This document shows positions 11,771 through 25,601 of a stretch of DNA of 64,000 nt, in pieces. A model generated the notes under the pieces. That model was given only the letters and a program-made list of their open reading frames with translations. It searched no databases and was not told the DNA's origin. The DNA comes from Squalus acanthias (lineage: Eukaryota): NCBI GenBank assembly GCA_030390025.1, contig JASTWF010000035.1:992001-1056000 (forward strand). Reading direction: 5' to 3'. The position numbers and the translations under genes are program-made. How positions within the stretch are numbered: position 1 is the first letter of the stretch; each line of letters opens with the position of its first letter.

Positions 11771-14700
11771 CGGGTCAGACACTGTCCTTTCACACTCTGG
11801 GACCGTGGGTCAGACACTGTCCTTTCACACTCTGGGACAGTGGGTCACACACTGTCCTTTCACACTCTGGGACACTGGGTCACACACTGTCCTTTCACAC
11901 TCTGGGACACTGGGTCACACACTGTCCTTTCACACTCTGGGACACTGGGTCAGACACTGTCCTTTCACACTCTGGGACACTGGGTCAGACACTGTCCTTT
12001 CACACTCTGGGACAGTGGGTCCCACACTGTCCTTTCACACTCTGGGACAGTGGGTCAGACACTGTCCTTTCACACTCTGGGACCGTGGGTGAGACACTGT
12101 CCTTTCACACTCTGGGACAGTGGGTCAGACACTGTCCTTTCAGACTCTGGGACAGTGGGTCACACACTGTCCTTTCACACTCTGGGACAGTGGGTCACAC
12201 ACTGTCCTTTCACACTCTGGGACCGTGGGTGAGACACTGTCCTTTCACACTCTGGGACAGTGGGTCACACACTGTCCTTTCACACTCTGGGACCGTGGGT
12301 GAGACACTGTCCTTTCACACTCTGGGACAGTGGGTCAGACACTGTCCTTTCACACTCTGGGACAGTGGGTCAGACACTGTCCTTTCACACTCTGGGACAG
12401 TGGGTCACACACTGTCCTTTCACACTCTGGGACAGTGGGTCAGACACTGTCCTTTCACACTCTGGGACAGTGGGTCACACACTGTCCTTTCATACTCTGG
12501 GACCGTGGGTGAGACACTGTCCTTTCACACTCTGGGACAGTGGGTCAGACACTGTCCTTTCACACTCTGGGACCGTGGGTGAGACACTGTCCTTTCACAC
12601 TCTGGGACAGTGGGTGAGACACTGTCCTTTCACACTCTGGGACAGTGGGTCAGACACTGTCCTTTCACACTCTGGGACAGTGGGTCAGACACTGTCCTTT
12701 CACACTCTGGGACAGTGGGTCAGACACTGTCCTTTCACACTCTGGGACAGTGGGTCAGACACTGTCCTTTCACACTCTGGGACAGTGGGTCAGACACTGT
12801 CCTTTCACACTCTGGGACAGTGGGTCAGACACTGTCCTTTCACACTCTGGGACAGTGGGTCACTCACTGTCCTTTCACACTCTGGGACCGTGGGTCACAC
12901 ACTGTCCTTTCACACTCTGGGACAGTGGGTCACACACTGTCCTTTCACACTCTGGGACCGTGGGTCACACACTGTCCTTTCACACTCTGGGACAGTAGGT
13001 CAGACACTGTCCTTTCACACTCTGGGACGGTGGGTCACACACTGTCCTTTCACACTCTGGGACAGCGGGTCACACACTGTCCTTTCACACTCTGGGACAG
13101 CGGGTCACACACTGTCCTTTCACACTCTGGGACAGTGGGTCACACACTGTCCTTTCACACTCTGGGACAGTGGGTCAGACACTGTCCTTTCACACTCTGG
13201 GACAGTGGGTCAGACACTGTCCTATCACACTCTGGGACAGTGGGTCAGACACTGTCCTTTCACACTCTGGGACAGTGGGTCACACGCTGTCCTTTCACAC
13301 TCTGGGACAGTGGGTCACACACTGTCCTTTCACACTCTGGGACAGTGGGTCAAACACTGTCCTTTCACACTCTGGGACAGTGGGTCAGACACTGTCCTTT
13401 CACACTCTGGGACAGTGGGTCAGACACTGTCCTTTCACACTCTGGGACAGTGGGTCAGACACTGTCCTTTCACACTCTGGGACAGTGGGTCACACGCTGT
13501 CCTTTCACACTCTGGGACAGTGGGTCACACACTGTCCTTTCACACTCTGGGACAGTGGGTCAAACACTGTCCTTTCACACTCTGGGACAGTGGGTCACAC
13601 ACTGTCCTTTCACACTCTGGGACACTGGGTCACACACTGTCCTTTCACACTCTGGGACAGTGGGTCTCACACTGTCCTTTCACACTCTGGGACAGTGGGT
13701 CAGACACTGTCCTTTCACACTCTGGGACAGTGGGTCAGACACTGTCCTTTCACACTCTGGGACAGTGGGTCAGACACTGTCCTTTCACACTCTGGGACAG
13801 TGGGTCAAACACTGACCTTTCACACTCTGGGACAGTGGGTCACACACTGTCCTTTCACACTCTGGGACACTGGGTCAGACACTGTCCTTTCACACTCTGG
13901 GACAGTGGGTCAAACACTGACCTTTCACACTCTGGGACAGTGGGTCACACACTGTCCATTCACACTCTGGGACAGTGGGTCTCACACTGTCCTTTCACAC
14001 TCTGGGACAGTGGGTCTCACACTGTCCTTTCACACTCTGGGACAGTGGGTCTCACACTGTCCTTTCACACTCTGGGACACTGGGTCACACACTGTCCTTT
14101 CACACTCTGGGACAGTGGGTCAGACACTGTCCTTTCACACTCTGGGACAGTGGGTCAAACACTGACCTTTCACACTCTGGGACAGTGGGTCACACACTGT
14201 CCTTTCACACTCTGGGACAGTGGGTCACACACTGTCTTTTCACACTCTGGGACAGTGGGTCAGACACTGTCCTTTCACACTCTGGGACAGTGGGTCAGAC
14301 ACTGTCCTTTCACACTCTGGGACAGTGGGTCAGACACTGTCCTTTCACACTCTGGGACAGTGGGTCAGACACTGTCCTTTCACACTCTGGGACAGTGGGT
14401 CAGACACTGCCCTTTCACACTCTGGGACAGTGGGTCACACACTGTCCTTTCACACTCTGGGACAGTGGGTCAGACACTGTCCTTTCACACTCTGGGATAG
14501 TGGGTCAGACACTGTCCTTTCACACTCTGGGACAGTGGGTCACACACTGCCCTTTCACACTCTGGGACAGTGGGTCACACACTGTCCTTTCACACTCTGG
14601 GACAGTGGGTCACACACTGTCCTTTCACACTCTGGGACAGTGGGTCAGACACTGTCTTTTCACAGTCTGGGACAGTGGGTCAGACACTGTCCTTTCACAC

Positions 14701-17700
14701 TCTGGGACAGTGGGTCAGACACTGTCTTTTCACAGTCTGGGACAGTGGGTCAGACACTGTCCTTTCACACTCTGGGACCGTGGGTCAGACACTGTCTTTT
14801 CACAGTCTGGGACAGTGGGTCAGACACTGTCCTTTCACAGTCTGGGACAGTGGGTCAGACACTGTCTTTTCACACTCTGGGACCGTGGGTCACGCACTGT
14901 CCTTTCACACTCTGGGACCGTGGGTCACACACTGTCCTTTCACACTCTGGGACAGTGGGTCAAACACTGTCCTTTCACACTCTGGGACCGTGGGTCAGGC
15001 GCTGTCCTTTCACATTCTGGGACCGTGGGTCAGGCGCTGTCCTTTCACATTCTGGGACCGTGGGTCAGGCGCTGTCCTTTCACACTCTGGGACAGTGGGT
15101 CAGACACTGTCCTTTCACACTCTGCGACAGTGGGTCAGGCGCTGTCCTTTCACATTCTGGGACCGTGGGTCAGGCGCTGTCCTTTCACACTCTGGGACAG
15201 TGGGTCAGACACTGTCCTGTCACACTCTGGGACAGTGGGTCACACTCTGGGACAGCGGGTCACACACTGTCCTGTCACACTCTGGGACAGTGGGTCACAC
15301 ACTGTCCTTTCACAGTCTGGGACAGTAGGTCAGACACTGTCCTTTCACACTCTGGGACGGTGGGTCACACACTGTCCTTTCACACTCTGGGACAGCAGGT
15401 CACACACTGTCCTTTCACACACTGGGACAGTGGGTCACACACTGTCCTTTCACACTCTGGGACAGCAGGTCACACACTGTCCTTTCACACTCTGGGACAG
15501 TGGGTCTCACACTGTCCTTTCACACTCTGGGACAGTGGGTCACTCACTGTCCTTTCACACTCTGGGACAGTGGGTCACACACTGTCCTTTCACACTCTGG
15601 GACAGTGGGTCACACACTGTCCTTTCACACTCTGGGACAGTGGGTCAGACACTGTCCTTTCACACTCTGGGACAGTGGGTCAAACACTGTCCTTTCACAC
15701 TCTGGGACAGTGGGTCACACACTGTCCTTTCACACTCTGGGACAGTGGGTCAGACACTGTCCTTTCACACTCTGGGACAGTGGGTCAGACACTGTCCTAT
15801 CACACTCTGGGACAGTGGGTCAGACACTGTCCTTTCACACTCTGGGACAGTGGGTCACACGCTGTCCTTTCACACTCTGGGACAGTGGGTCACACACTGT
15901 CCTTTCACACTCTGGGACAGTGGGTCAAACACTGTCCTTTCACACTCTGGGACAGTGGGTCAGACACTGTCCTTTCACACTCTGGGACAGTGGGTCAGAC
16001 ACTGTCCTTTCACACTCTGGGACAGTGGGTCACACGCTGTCCTTTCACACTCTGGGACAGTGGGTCACACACTGTCCTTTCACACTCTGGGACAGTGGGT
16101 CAAACACTGTCCTTTCACACTCTGCGACACTGGGTCACACACTGTCCTTTCACACTCTGCGACACTGGGTCACACACTGTCCTTTCACACTCTGGAACAG
16201 TGGGTCAGACACTGTCTTTTCACACTCTGGGACAGTGGGTCAGACACTGTCCTTTCACACTCTGGGACAGTGGGTCAGACACTGTCCTTTCACACTCTGG
16301 GACAGTGGGTCAGACACTGTCCTTTCACACTCTGGGACAGTGGGTCAGACACTGTCCTTTCACACTCTGGGACAGTGGGTCACACACTGCCCTTTCACAC
16401 TCTGGGACAGTGGGTCACACACTGTCCTTTCACACTCTGGGACAGTGGGTCACACACTGTCCTTTCACACTCTGGGACAGTGGGTCACACACTGTCCTTT
16501 CACACTCTGGGACAGTGGGTCACACACTGTCCTTTCACACTCTGGGACCGTGGGTCAGGCGCTGTCCTTTCACATTCTGGGACCGTGGGTCAGGCGCTGT
16601 CCTTTCACACTCTGGGACAGTGGGTCAGACACTGTCCTGTCACACTCTGGGACAGTGGGTCACACTCTGGGACAGCGGGTCACACACTGTCCTGTCACAC
16701 TCTGGGACAGTGGGTCACACACTGTCCTTTCACAGTCTGGGACACTGGGTCACACACTGTCCTTTCACACTCTGGGACAGTGGGTCACACACTGTCCTTT
16801 CACACTCTGGGACAGTGGGTCAGACACTGTCCTTTCACACTCTGGGACAGTGGGTCAGACACTGTCCTTTCACACTCTGGGACAGCGGGTCACACACTGT
16901 CCTTTCACACTCTGGGACAGTGGGTCAGACACTGTCCTTTCACACACTGGGACAGTGGGTCAGACACTGTCCTTTCACACTCTGGGACAGTGGGTCAGAC
17001 ACTGTCCTTTCACACTCTGGGACACTGGGTCACACACTGTCCTTTCACACTCTGGGACACTGGGTCACACACTGTCCTTTCACACTCTGGGACAGCGGGT
17101 CACACACTGTCCTTTCACACTCTGGGACACTGGGTCAGACACTGTCCTTTCACACTCTGGGACACTGGGTCACACACTGTCCTTTCACACTCTGGGACAC
17201 TGGGTCACACACTGTCCTTTCACACTCTGGGACAGTGGGTCAGACACTGTCCTTTCACACTCTGGGACAGTGGGTCACACACTGTCCTTTCACACTCTGG
17301 GACACTGGGTCAGACACTGTCCTTTCACACTCTGGGACAGTGGGTCAGACACTGTCCTTTCACACTCTGGGACAGTGGGTCAGACACTGTCCTTTCACAC
17401 TCTGGGACAGTGGGTCAGACACTGTCCTTTCACACTCTGGGACAGTGGGTCAGACACTGTCCTTTCACACTCTGGGACAGTGGGTCAGACACTGTCCTTT
17501 CACACTCTGGGACAGTGGGTCAGACACTGTCCTTTCACACTCTGGGACAGTGGGTCACACACTGTCCTTTCACACTCTGGGACACTGGGTCACACACTGT
17601 CCTTTCACACTCTGGGACACTGGGTCAGACACTGTCCTTTCACACTCTGGGACACTGGGTCACACACTGTCCTTTCACACTCTGGGACACTGGGTCACAC

Positions 17701-19597
17701 ACTGTCCTTTCACACTCTGGGACAGTGGGTCTCACACTGTCCTTTCACACTCTGGGACACTTGGTCACACACTGTCCTTTCACACTCTGGGACAGTGGGT
17801 CAGACACTGTCTTTTCACACTCTGGGACAGTGGGTCAGACACTGTCCTTTCACACTCTGAGACAGTGGGTCACACACTGTCCTTTCACACTCTGGGACAG
17901 TGGGTCAGACACTGTCTTTTCACAGTCTGGGACAGTGGGTCAGACACTGTCCTTTCACACTCTGGGACCGTGGGTCAGACACTGTCTTTTCACAGTCTGG
18001 GACAGTGGGTCAGACACTGTCCTTTCACAGTCTGGGAAAGTGGGTCAGACACTGTCTTTTCACACTCTGGGACCGTGGGTCACGCACTGTCCTTTCACAC
18101 TCTGGGACAGTGGGTCACACACTGTCCTTTCACACTCTGGGACAGTGGGTCAAACACTGTCCTTTCACACTCTGGGACCGTGGGTCAGGCGCTGTCCTTT
18201 CACATTCTGGGACCGTGGGTCAGGCGCTGTCCTTTCACACTCTGGGACAGTGGGTCAGACACTGTCCTGTCACACTCTGGGACAGTGGGTCACACTCTGG
18301 GACAGCGGGTCACACACTGTCCTGTCACACTCTGGGACAGTGGGTCACACACTGTCCTTTCACACTCTGGGACACTGGGTCACACACTGTCCTTTCACAC
18401 TCTGGGACAGTGGGTCACACACTGTCCTTTCACACTCTGGGACAGTGGGTCAGACACTGTCCTTTCACACTCTGGGACAGTGGGTCAGACACTGTCCTTG
18501 CACACTCTGGGACACTGGGTCACACACTGTCCTTTCACACTCTGGGACAGTGGGTCAGACACTGTCCTTTCACACTCTGGGACAGTGGGTCAGACACTGT
18601 CCTTTCACACTCTGGGACAGTGGGTCAGACACTGTCCTTTCACACTCTGGGACACTGGGTCAGACACTGTCCTTTCACACTCTGGGACACTGGGTCACAC
18701 ACTGTCCTTTCACACTCTGGGACACTGGGTCACACACTGTCCTTTCACACTCTGGGACAGTGGGTCACACACTGTCCTTTCACACTCTGGGACACTGGGT
18801 CACACACTGTCCTTTCACACTCTGGGACAGTGGGTCAGACACTGTCCTTTCACACTCTGGGACAGTGGGTCAGACACTGTCCTTGCACACTCTGGGACAC
18901 TGGGTCAGACACTGTCCTTTCACACTCTGGGACAGTGGGTCAGACACTGTCCTTTCACACTCTGGGACAGTGGGTCAGACACTGTCCTTTCACACTCTGG
19001 GACAGTGGGTCAGACACTGTCCTTTCACACTCTGGGACAGTGGGTCAGACACTGTCCTTTCACACTCTGGGACAGCGGGTCACACACTGTCCTAGCACAC
19101 TCTGGGACACTGGGTCACACACTGTCCTTTCACACTCTGGGACAGTGGGTCACACACTGTCCTTTCACACTCTGGGACAGTGGGTCACACACTGTCCTTT
19201 CACACTCTGGGACAGTGGGTCACACACTGTCCTTTCACACTCTGGGACAGTGGGTCACACACTGTCCTTTCACACTCTGGGACGGTGGGTCACACACTGT
19301 CCTTTCACACTCTGGGACAGTGGGTCAGACACTGTCCTTTCACACTCTGGGACAGTGGGTCACACACTGTCCTTTCACACTCTGGGACGGTGGGTCACAC
19401 ACTGTCCTTTCACACTCTGGGACAGTTGGTCAGTCACTGTCCTTTCACACTCTGGGACGGTGGGTCAGACACTGTCCTTTCACACTCTGGGACGGTGGGT
19501 CAGACACTGTCCTTTCACACTCTGGGACAGCGGGTCACACACTGTCCTTGCACACTCTGGGACAGTGGGTCGGACCCTCTGGGACAGTGGGTCAGAT
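11771..19597. repeat. 35-bp intronic satellite, about 220 copies
   Basis: TGGGTCAGACACTGTCCTTTCACACTCTGGGACAG; one more partial unit at 22261-22287. Confidence 0.99.
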
Positions 19598-19604
19598 GCT
19601 TTAA

Positions 19605-22256
19605 GGGAACGGTAGCATAGCGGTTATGTTACTGGACTAATAATCCAGAGGCCTGGGCTAATAATCCCACCATGAGTTCAATTCCCACCACAGCTGGGGA
19701 ATTTAAATTCAGTTAATTAAATAAATCTGGAATGAAAAACTAGTATCAGTCATGGTGACCATGAAACTACAGGATTGTTGTAACAACCCATCTGGTTCAT
19801 CAATGTCCTTGGGGAAGGAAATCTGTCGTCCTTGCATGGTCCTGTCCCACCGGCAGTACAGACCCACCAGAGGTGGCGGCACAGTGGTATACAGTCGGGA
19901 GGGAGCGGCCCTGGGAGTCCTCAACATTGACTCCAGACCTTATGAAGTCTCATGGCTTCAGATCAAACATAGGCAAGGAATCCTCCTGCTGATTACCACC
20001 TACCGCCCTCCCTCAGCTGATGAATCAGTACTCCGCCATGTTGAACAGCACTTGGAAGAAGCACTGAGGGTCTCAAGGGCACAGAATGTACTCTGGGTGG
20101 GGGATTTCAATGTCCATCACCAAGAGTGGCTCAGTAGCACCACTACTGACCGAGCTGGCCGAGTCCTGAAGGACATTACTGCCAGTCTGGGCCTGCGACA
20201 GGTGGTGAGAGAACCAACACGAGGTAAAAACCAACTTGACCTCATCATCACCAATCTACCTGTCACAGATGCATCTGTCCATGCCGGCATTGGTAGCAGT
20301 GACCACCGCACAGTCATTGTGGAGACGAAGTCCCATCTTCACACTGAGGACACCCTCCATCGTGTTGTGTGGCACTACCACCGTGCTAAATGGGATAGCT
20401 ATAGACAGGGCTAAGCGATCCCACAATCAACGGATCAGATCAAAGCTCTGCAGTCCTGCTACATCCAGTCATGAATGGTGGTGGAACATTAAACAACTAA
20501 CGGGAGGAGGAGGCTCCATGAACAACCCCATCCTCAATGATGGTGGAGCCCAGCACGTGAGTTGAAAAGACAAAGCTAAAGCGTTTGCAACCATCTTCAG
20601 CCAGAAGTGCTGAGTGGATGATTCATATCGGCCTCCTCCTGAGGTCCCCACCATCACAGAAGCCAGTCTTCAGCCAATTCAATTCACTCCACGTGATATC
20701 AAGAAACGGCTGAGCGCACTGGATACAGCAAAGGCTATGGGCCCCGACAACATCCCGGTTGTCGTGCTGAAGACTTGTGCTCCAGAACTAGCCGCGCCTC
20801 TAGCCAAGCTATTCCAGTACAGCTACAACACTGGCATGTATCCGACAATGTGGAAAACTGCACAGCTATGACCTGTCCACAAAAAGCAGGACAAATCCAA
20901 TCCGGCCAATTACCGCCCCATCAGTCTACTCTCAATCATCAGCAAAGTGATGGAAGGTGTCATCGACAGTGCTATCAAGCGGCACTTACTCACCAATAAC
21001 CTGCTCACTGATGCCCAGTTTGGGTTCCGCCAAGACCACTCGGCTCCCGACCTCATTACAGCCTTGGTCCCAACATGGACAAAAGAGCTAAATTCCTGAG
21101 GTGAGGTGAGAGTGACTGCCCTTGACATCAAGGCAGCATTTGACCGAGTGTGGCATCAAGGAGCCCTAGAAAAACTGAACTCAGTGGGAATCGGGAGGAA
21201 AACTCTCCACTGGCTGGAGTCATACCTAGCACAAAGGAAGATAGTTGTGGTTGTTGGAGGCCAATCATCAGAGCCCCAGGACATCGCTGCAGGAGTTCCT
21301 CAGGGCAGTGTCCGAGGTCCAATCATCTTCAGCTGCTTCATTATTGACCATACCTCCATCATAAGGTCAGAAATGGGGATGTTCGCTAAATTGCACAGTG
21401 TTCAGTTCCACTCGCAACTCCTCAGGTAATGAAGCAGTCCATGCCCGCAAGCAGCAAGACCTAGACAACATTCAGGCTTGGGCTGATAAGTGGCAAGTAA
21501 CATTCGCGCCACACAAGTGCCAAGCAATGACTATCTCCAACAAGAGAGCGTCTAACCACCGCCCCTTGACATTCAACGGCTTTACCACTGTCGAATTCTC
21601 CAACATCAACATCCTGGGGGGGTCACCATTGACCAGAAACTTAACTGGACCAGCCACATAAATACTGTGGCTACAAGAACAGGTCAGAGGTTAGGTATTA
21701 TGCAGCAAGTGAGTCCACCTGACTCCCTAAAGCCTTTCCACCATCTACAAGGCACAAGTCAGGAGTGTGATGGAATACTCTCCACTTGCCTGGATGAGTG
21801 CAGCTCCAACAACACTCGAAGCTCGACACCATCCAGGACAAAGCAGCCCGCTTGATTGGCACCCCATCCACCACCGGCGTACCGTGGCTGCAGTGTGTAC
21901 CATCTTCAAGATGCACTGCAGCAACTCGCCAAGGCTTCTTCGGCAGCACCTCCCAAACCCACGACCTCTTCCACCTAGAAGGACAAGGACAGCAGGTGCA
22001 TGGGAACACCACCAATTCCAAGTCCCCCTCCAAGTCACACACCGTCCTGATTGGAAGTATATCGCCGATCCTTCATCGTTGCTGGGTCAAAATCCTGGAA
22101 CTCCCTCCCTAACAGTACTGTGGGAGTACCTTCACCACACGGACTGCAGCGGTTCAAGAAGGCAGCTCACCACCACCTTCTCAAGGGCAGTTAGGGATGG
22201 GCAATAAATGCTGGCCTTGCCAGCGACGCCCACATCCCATGAACTAATAATAAAAA
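19605..22256 (+). mobile_element. SINE 5' half (19605-~19835) joined to a decayed CR1/L2-group LINE (EN, RT, tail)
   Basis: 5' part matches the SINE at 24407; then TTYRPP/VGDFN/SDH EN motifs, LDIKAAFDRV and GVPQGSV RT motifs; tail gggatgggcaataaatgctggcc. Confidence 0.88.
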
Positions 22257-22331
22257 CTTCTTTCACACTCTGGGACAGGGGGTCAGATTGTTCCTCTCTC
22301 CCGGTTACTGACTGTTCCTGTTTTATTTCAG

Positions 22332-22426
22332 GGCGCTCGACACCCCTTTTCACAGGCCATGGGCAGGAACATCGCGAATCCCACTGCCATGTTACTGAGC
22401 TCCGCCAATATGCTGAAGCACCTGAA
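22332..22426 (+). CDS. IDH3B: IDH3B internal exon
   Basis: tttcag|GGC..CTG AA|gtaagt; [31 protein letters not shown]. Confidence 0.96.
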
Positions 22427-22705
22427 GTAAGTTCCACTGCTCCTCCATCCTGCACATTCTCCAATCTCTCTTCACCCTTCAGATTGAAAGGCAGAGACAT
22501 CTTCCATTCCTGCCCCCCACTCTGCCCTTTGCTCTCTCTCTCTCTCTCTCGCCCTCCGATGCGCGCGCGCTCTCCCTGTCTCTCCCTCCACCCGCCACAC
22601 TCTGGCTCGTTGATAATTCTCACTGGGTATTTTTACTTTAAATTGTTGAAAATGACTTTAAAAGTAACTCAATACGAGGCTGAAATCTCTTGTTTTCTGC
22701 TGCAG

Positions 22706-22766
22706 CCTGGAATTTCACTCCACCCTGGTCTCTGAGGCGGTGAAGAAGGTGATCAAACGGGGCAAG
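22706..22766 (+). CDS. IDH3B: IDH3B penultimate exon
   Basis: tgcag|C CTG GAA..GGC AAG|gtaggt; LEFHSTLVSEAVKKVIKRGK. Confidence 0.95.
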
Positions 22767-22785
22767 GTAGGTGGAGAAACTCACG

Positions 22786-24106
22786 GCAGACGGGGTGTCG
22801 GAGGGCTGGCGTCAGACGGGGTGTCGGAGGGCTGGCGTCAGGCAGAGTGTCGGAGGGCTGGCGTCGGGCGGGGTGTCGGAGGGCTGGCGTCAGGCGGGGT
22901 GTCGGAGGGCTGGCGTCAGGCAGAGTGTCGGAGGGCTGGCGTCAGGCAGAGTGTCGGAGGGCTGGCGTCAGACAGAGTGTCGGAGGGCTGGCGTCAGGCG
23001 GGGTGTCGGAGGGCTGGCGTCAGGCGGGGTGTCGGAGGGCTGGCGTCAGACGGAGTGTCGGGCTGGCGTCAGACGGAGTGTCGGGCTGGCGTCAGGCGGG
23101 GTGTCGGAGGGCTGGCGTCAGGCGGGGTGTCGGAGGGCTGGCGTCAGACGGAGTGTCGGAGGGCTGGCGTCAGACGGAGTGTCGGGCTGGCGTCAGACGG
23201 AGTGTCGGAGGGCTGGCGTCAGACGGAGTGTCGGGCTGGCGTCCGGCAGAGTGTCGGAGGGCTGGCGTCAGACGGGGTGTCGGAGGGCTGGCGTCAGACG
23301 GGGTGTCGGAGGGCTGGCGTCAGACGGGGTGTCGGAGGGCTGGCGTCAGACGGAGTGTCGGGCTGGCGTCAGGCAGAGTGTCAGGCTGGCGTCAGACGGG
23401 GTGTCGGAGGGCTGGCGTCAGACGGAGTGTCGGAGGGCTGCGTCAGACGGGGTGTCGGAGGGCTGGCGTCAGGCAGAGTGTCGGAGGGCTGGCGTCAGAC
23501 GGAGTGTCGGGCTGGCGTCAGACGGGGTGTCGGAGGGCTGGCGTCAGGCAGAGTGTCGGAGGGCTGGCGTCAGGCGGGGTGTCGGAGGGCTGGCGTCAGA
23601 CGGGGTGTCGGAGGGCTGGCGTCAGACGGAGTGTCGGGCTGGCGTCAGGCAGAGTGTCAGGCTGGCGTCAGACGGGGTGTCGGAGGGCTGGCGTCAGACG
23701 GAGTGTCGGAGGGCTGCGTCAGACGGGGGTGTCGGAGGGCTGGCGTCAGGCAGAGTGTCGGAGGGCTGGCGTCAGACGGAGTGTCGGGCTGGCGTCAGAC
23801 GGGGTGTCGGAGGGCTGGCGTCAGGCAGAGTGTCGGAGGGCTGGCGTCAGGCGGAGTGTCGGGCTGGCGTCAGGCGGAGTGTCGGAGGGCTGGCGTCAGA
23901 CGGAGTGTCGGGCTGGGGTCAGGCGGGGTGTCGGAGGGCTGGCGTCAGACGGAGTGTTGGAGGGCTGGCGTCAGACGGAGTGTCGGGCTGGCGTCAGACG
24001 GAGTGTCGGGCTGGCGTCAGGCGGGGTGTCGGAGGGCTGGCGTCAGGCGGGGTGTCGGAGGGCTGGCGTCAGACGGGGTGTCGGAGGGCTGGCGTCAGAC
24101 GGAGTG
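22786..24106. repeat. 26/22-bp GC-rich minisatellite
   Basis: CAGACGGGGTGTCGGAGGGCTGGCGT with 4-bp-deleted variants, starting ~20 bp after the donor. Confidence 0.97.
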
Positions 24107-24406
24107 CTGTGTGGTTTGTCGGTGTTGGGAGTGGTGCCCGGGCTGCTCTCTCTGCTGGACAGAGGCTGGTCTGTATTGTGAGGGTCTCCGTGAACTGGCC
24201 TCGGACACACGGCTGGTCAACAAGTGAAAGAGGGGAGGAGAGGAGTGGGTGGAGCGGAGGGTGCTGGAACCAATAAACCGACTGGAGGGTTGGATAAAGG
24301 CACGAATATTCTATAATACCGGATCTTGTGGGGAGTCGGGGAGCATTGTGTATTCCATTGTGTGAATTCCTGAAATCAGTTACAGGCTGGTTTCCCTCCG
24401 CAGATT

Positions 24407-24788
24407 GGGAACGGTAGTGTAGTGGTTATGTTACTAGACTAGTAATCCAGAGGCCTGGACTAATGATCCAGAGACATGAGTTCAAATCCCACCACGGCAG
24501 CTGGGGAATTTAAATTCAGTTAATTAAATAAATCTGGAATAAAAAAACTAGTGACCATGAAACTATCGGATTGTCGTAAAAACCCATCTGGTTCACTAAT
24601 ATCCATTAGGGAAGGAAATCTACTGTCCTTACCCGGTCTGGCCTGTATGTGACTCCAGACCCACAGCACTGTGGTTGACTCTTAACTGCCCTCTGGCTCA
24701 CCACCACCTGCTTGAGGGATTAGGGATGGGCAATAAATGCTGGCCTTGCCAGCGACGCCCACGTCCCATGAATGAATTAAAAAAAAAG
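24407..24788 (+). mobile_element. tRNA-derived SINE sharing its 3' tail with the LINE at 19605-22256
   Basis: tagtgtagtgg A box, gagttcaaatccc B box, shared tail, A-rich end; related partial copy at ~34025-34250. Confidence 0.85.
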
Positions 24789-25236
24789 ATTCCCGGTTTG
24801 AGTAGAGATCAGTTTATGTGCAATTGGTATTTCTATTTGAGGCGAGATATTCTGGCTCCTTAGTGAGAGGGTCTTCTGGACACCGAACTTGTCGTTAAAG
24901 ACAAGTGTGTGTGAGATGGCGATTGTGCGTGTGTGAGAGAGACGGCGTGCGTGCGTGTGAGACGGCGCGAGGCGACGGCGGGTGCGCGAGATGGCGCGCG
25001 CCCAAGTGACATGCGAGACGGGGAGTGAAGTGTGCATGTGACCACTCCTGGTTTAAAAGCGACCGCTCCTGTGTGTATGTGCTGGAGAGTGTGACGTGTG
25101 TGCACCAGACTTTTTAATTTATTTTTCCTGATTTTTGGAATCATTTTGTGTTAATTCATCCACAATGATTTTAATTACATTTTTCATGTTTACTTTAATT
25201 TTCTCCATTTGATTATTTCTCGCTCCCCTGGATTAG

Positions 25237-25326
25237 GTTCGGACCCGAGACATGGGCGGTTACTGCACCACCAGCGATTTCCTCAAGAACATCATCGATA
25301 ACCTGCACCCTCCTCGCCTCCGCTAG
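25237..25326 (+). CDS. IDH3B: IDH3B alternative terminal exon 1
   Basis: ttag|GTT CGG ACC; VRTRDMGGYCTTSDFLKNIIDNLHPPRLR*; AATAAA at 26285-26290. Confidence 0.92.
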   Translation, partial: VRTRDMGGYCTTSDFLKNIIDNLHPPRLR

Positions 25327-25411
25327 TCGGGGGTCTGGGTGGGGGGCCCTTGGGTTCCCGTTAGAAACAGCTCCTCCCACCTTGAGTTTGGACTTCACGG
25401 CGTCATTGGAT

Positions 25412-25601
25412 CCCGGTAACTCCCTCTCGTGCTCCCAGCGGCACCCCCTACCAACCCCGGTAACTCCCTCTCGTGCTCCCAGCGGCACCCCCTACCAACC
25501 CCGGTAACTCCCTCTCGTGCTCCCAGCGGCACCCCCTACCAACCCCGGTAACTCCCTCTCGTGCTCCCAGCGGCACCCCCTACCAACCCCGGTAACTCCC
25601 T
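25412..25601. repeat. 44-bp tandem repeat (about 4.3 copies) in the IDH3B 3' UTR
   Basis: CCCGGTAACTCCCTCTCGTGCTCCCAGCGGCACCCCCTACCAAC. Confidence 0.93.

Noticed and set aside
11771..19597. CRISPR-like palindromic 35-bp repeats
   Set aside because: No unique spacers, no cas genes, eukaryotic intron.
11720..19620. ORFs up to 1794 aa
   Set aside because: Translations of a stop-free 35-bp satellite, open in all three frames inside an IDH3B intron.
22740..24276. ~500-aa Gly/Arg-rich ORFs
   Set aside because: Read-through from an IDH3B exon into a 26-bp minisatellite.
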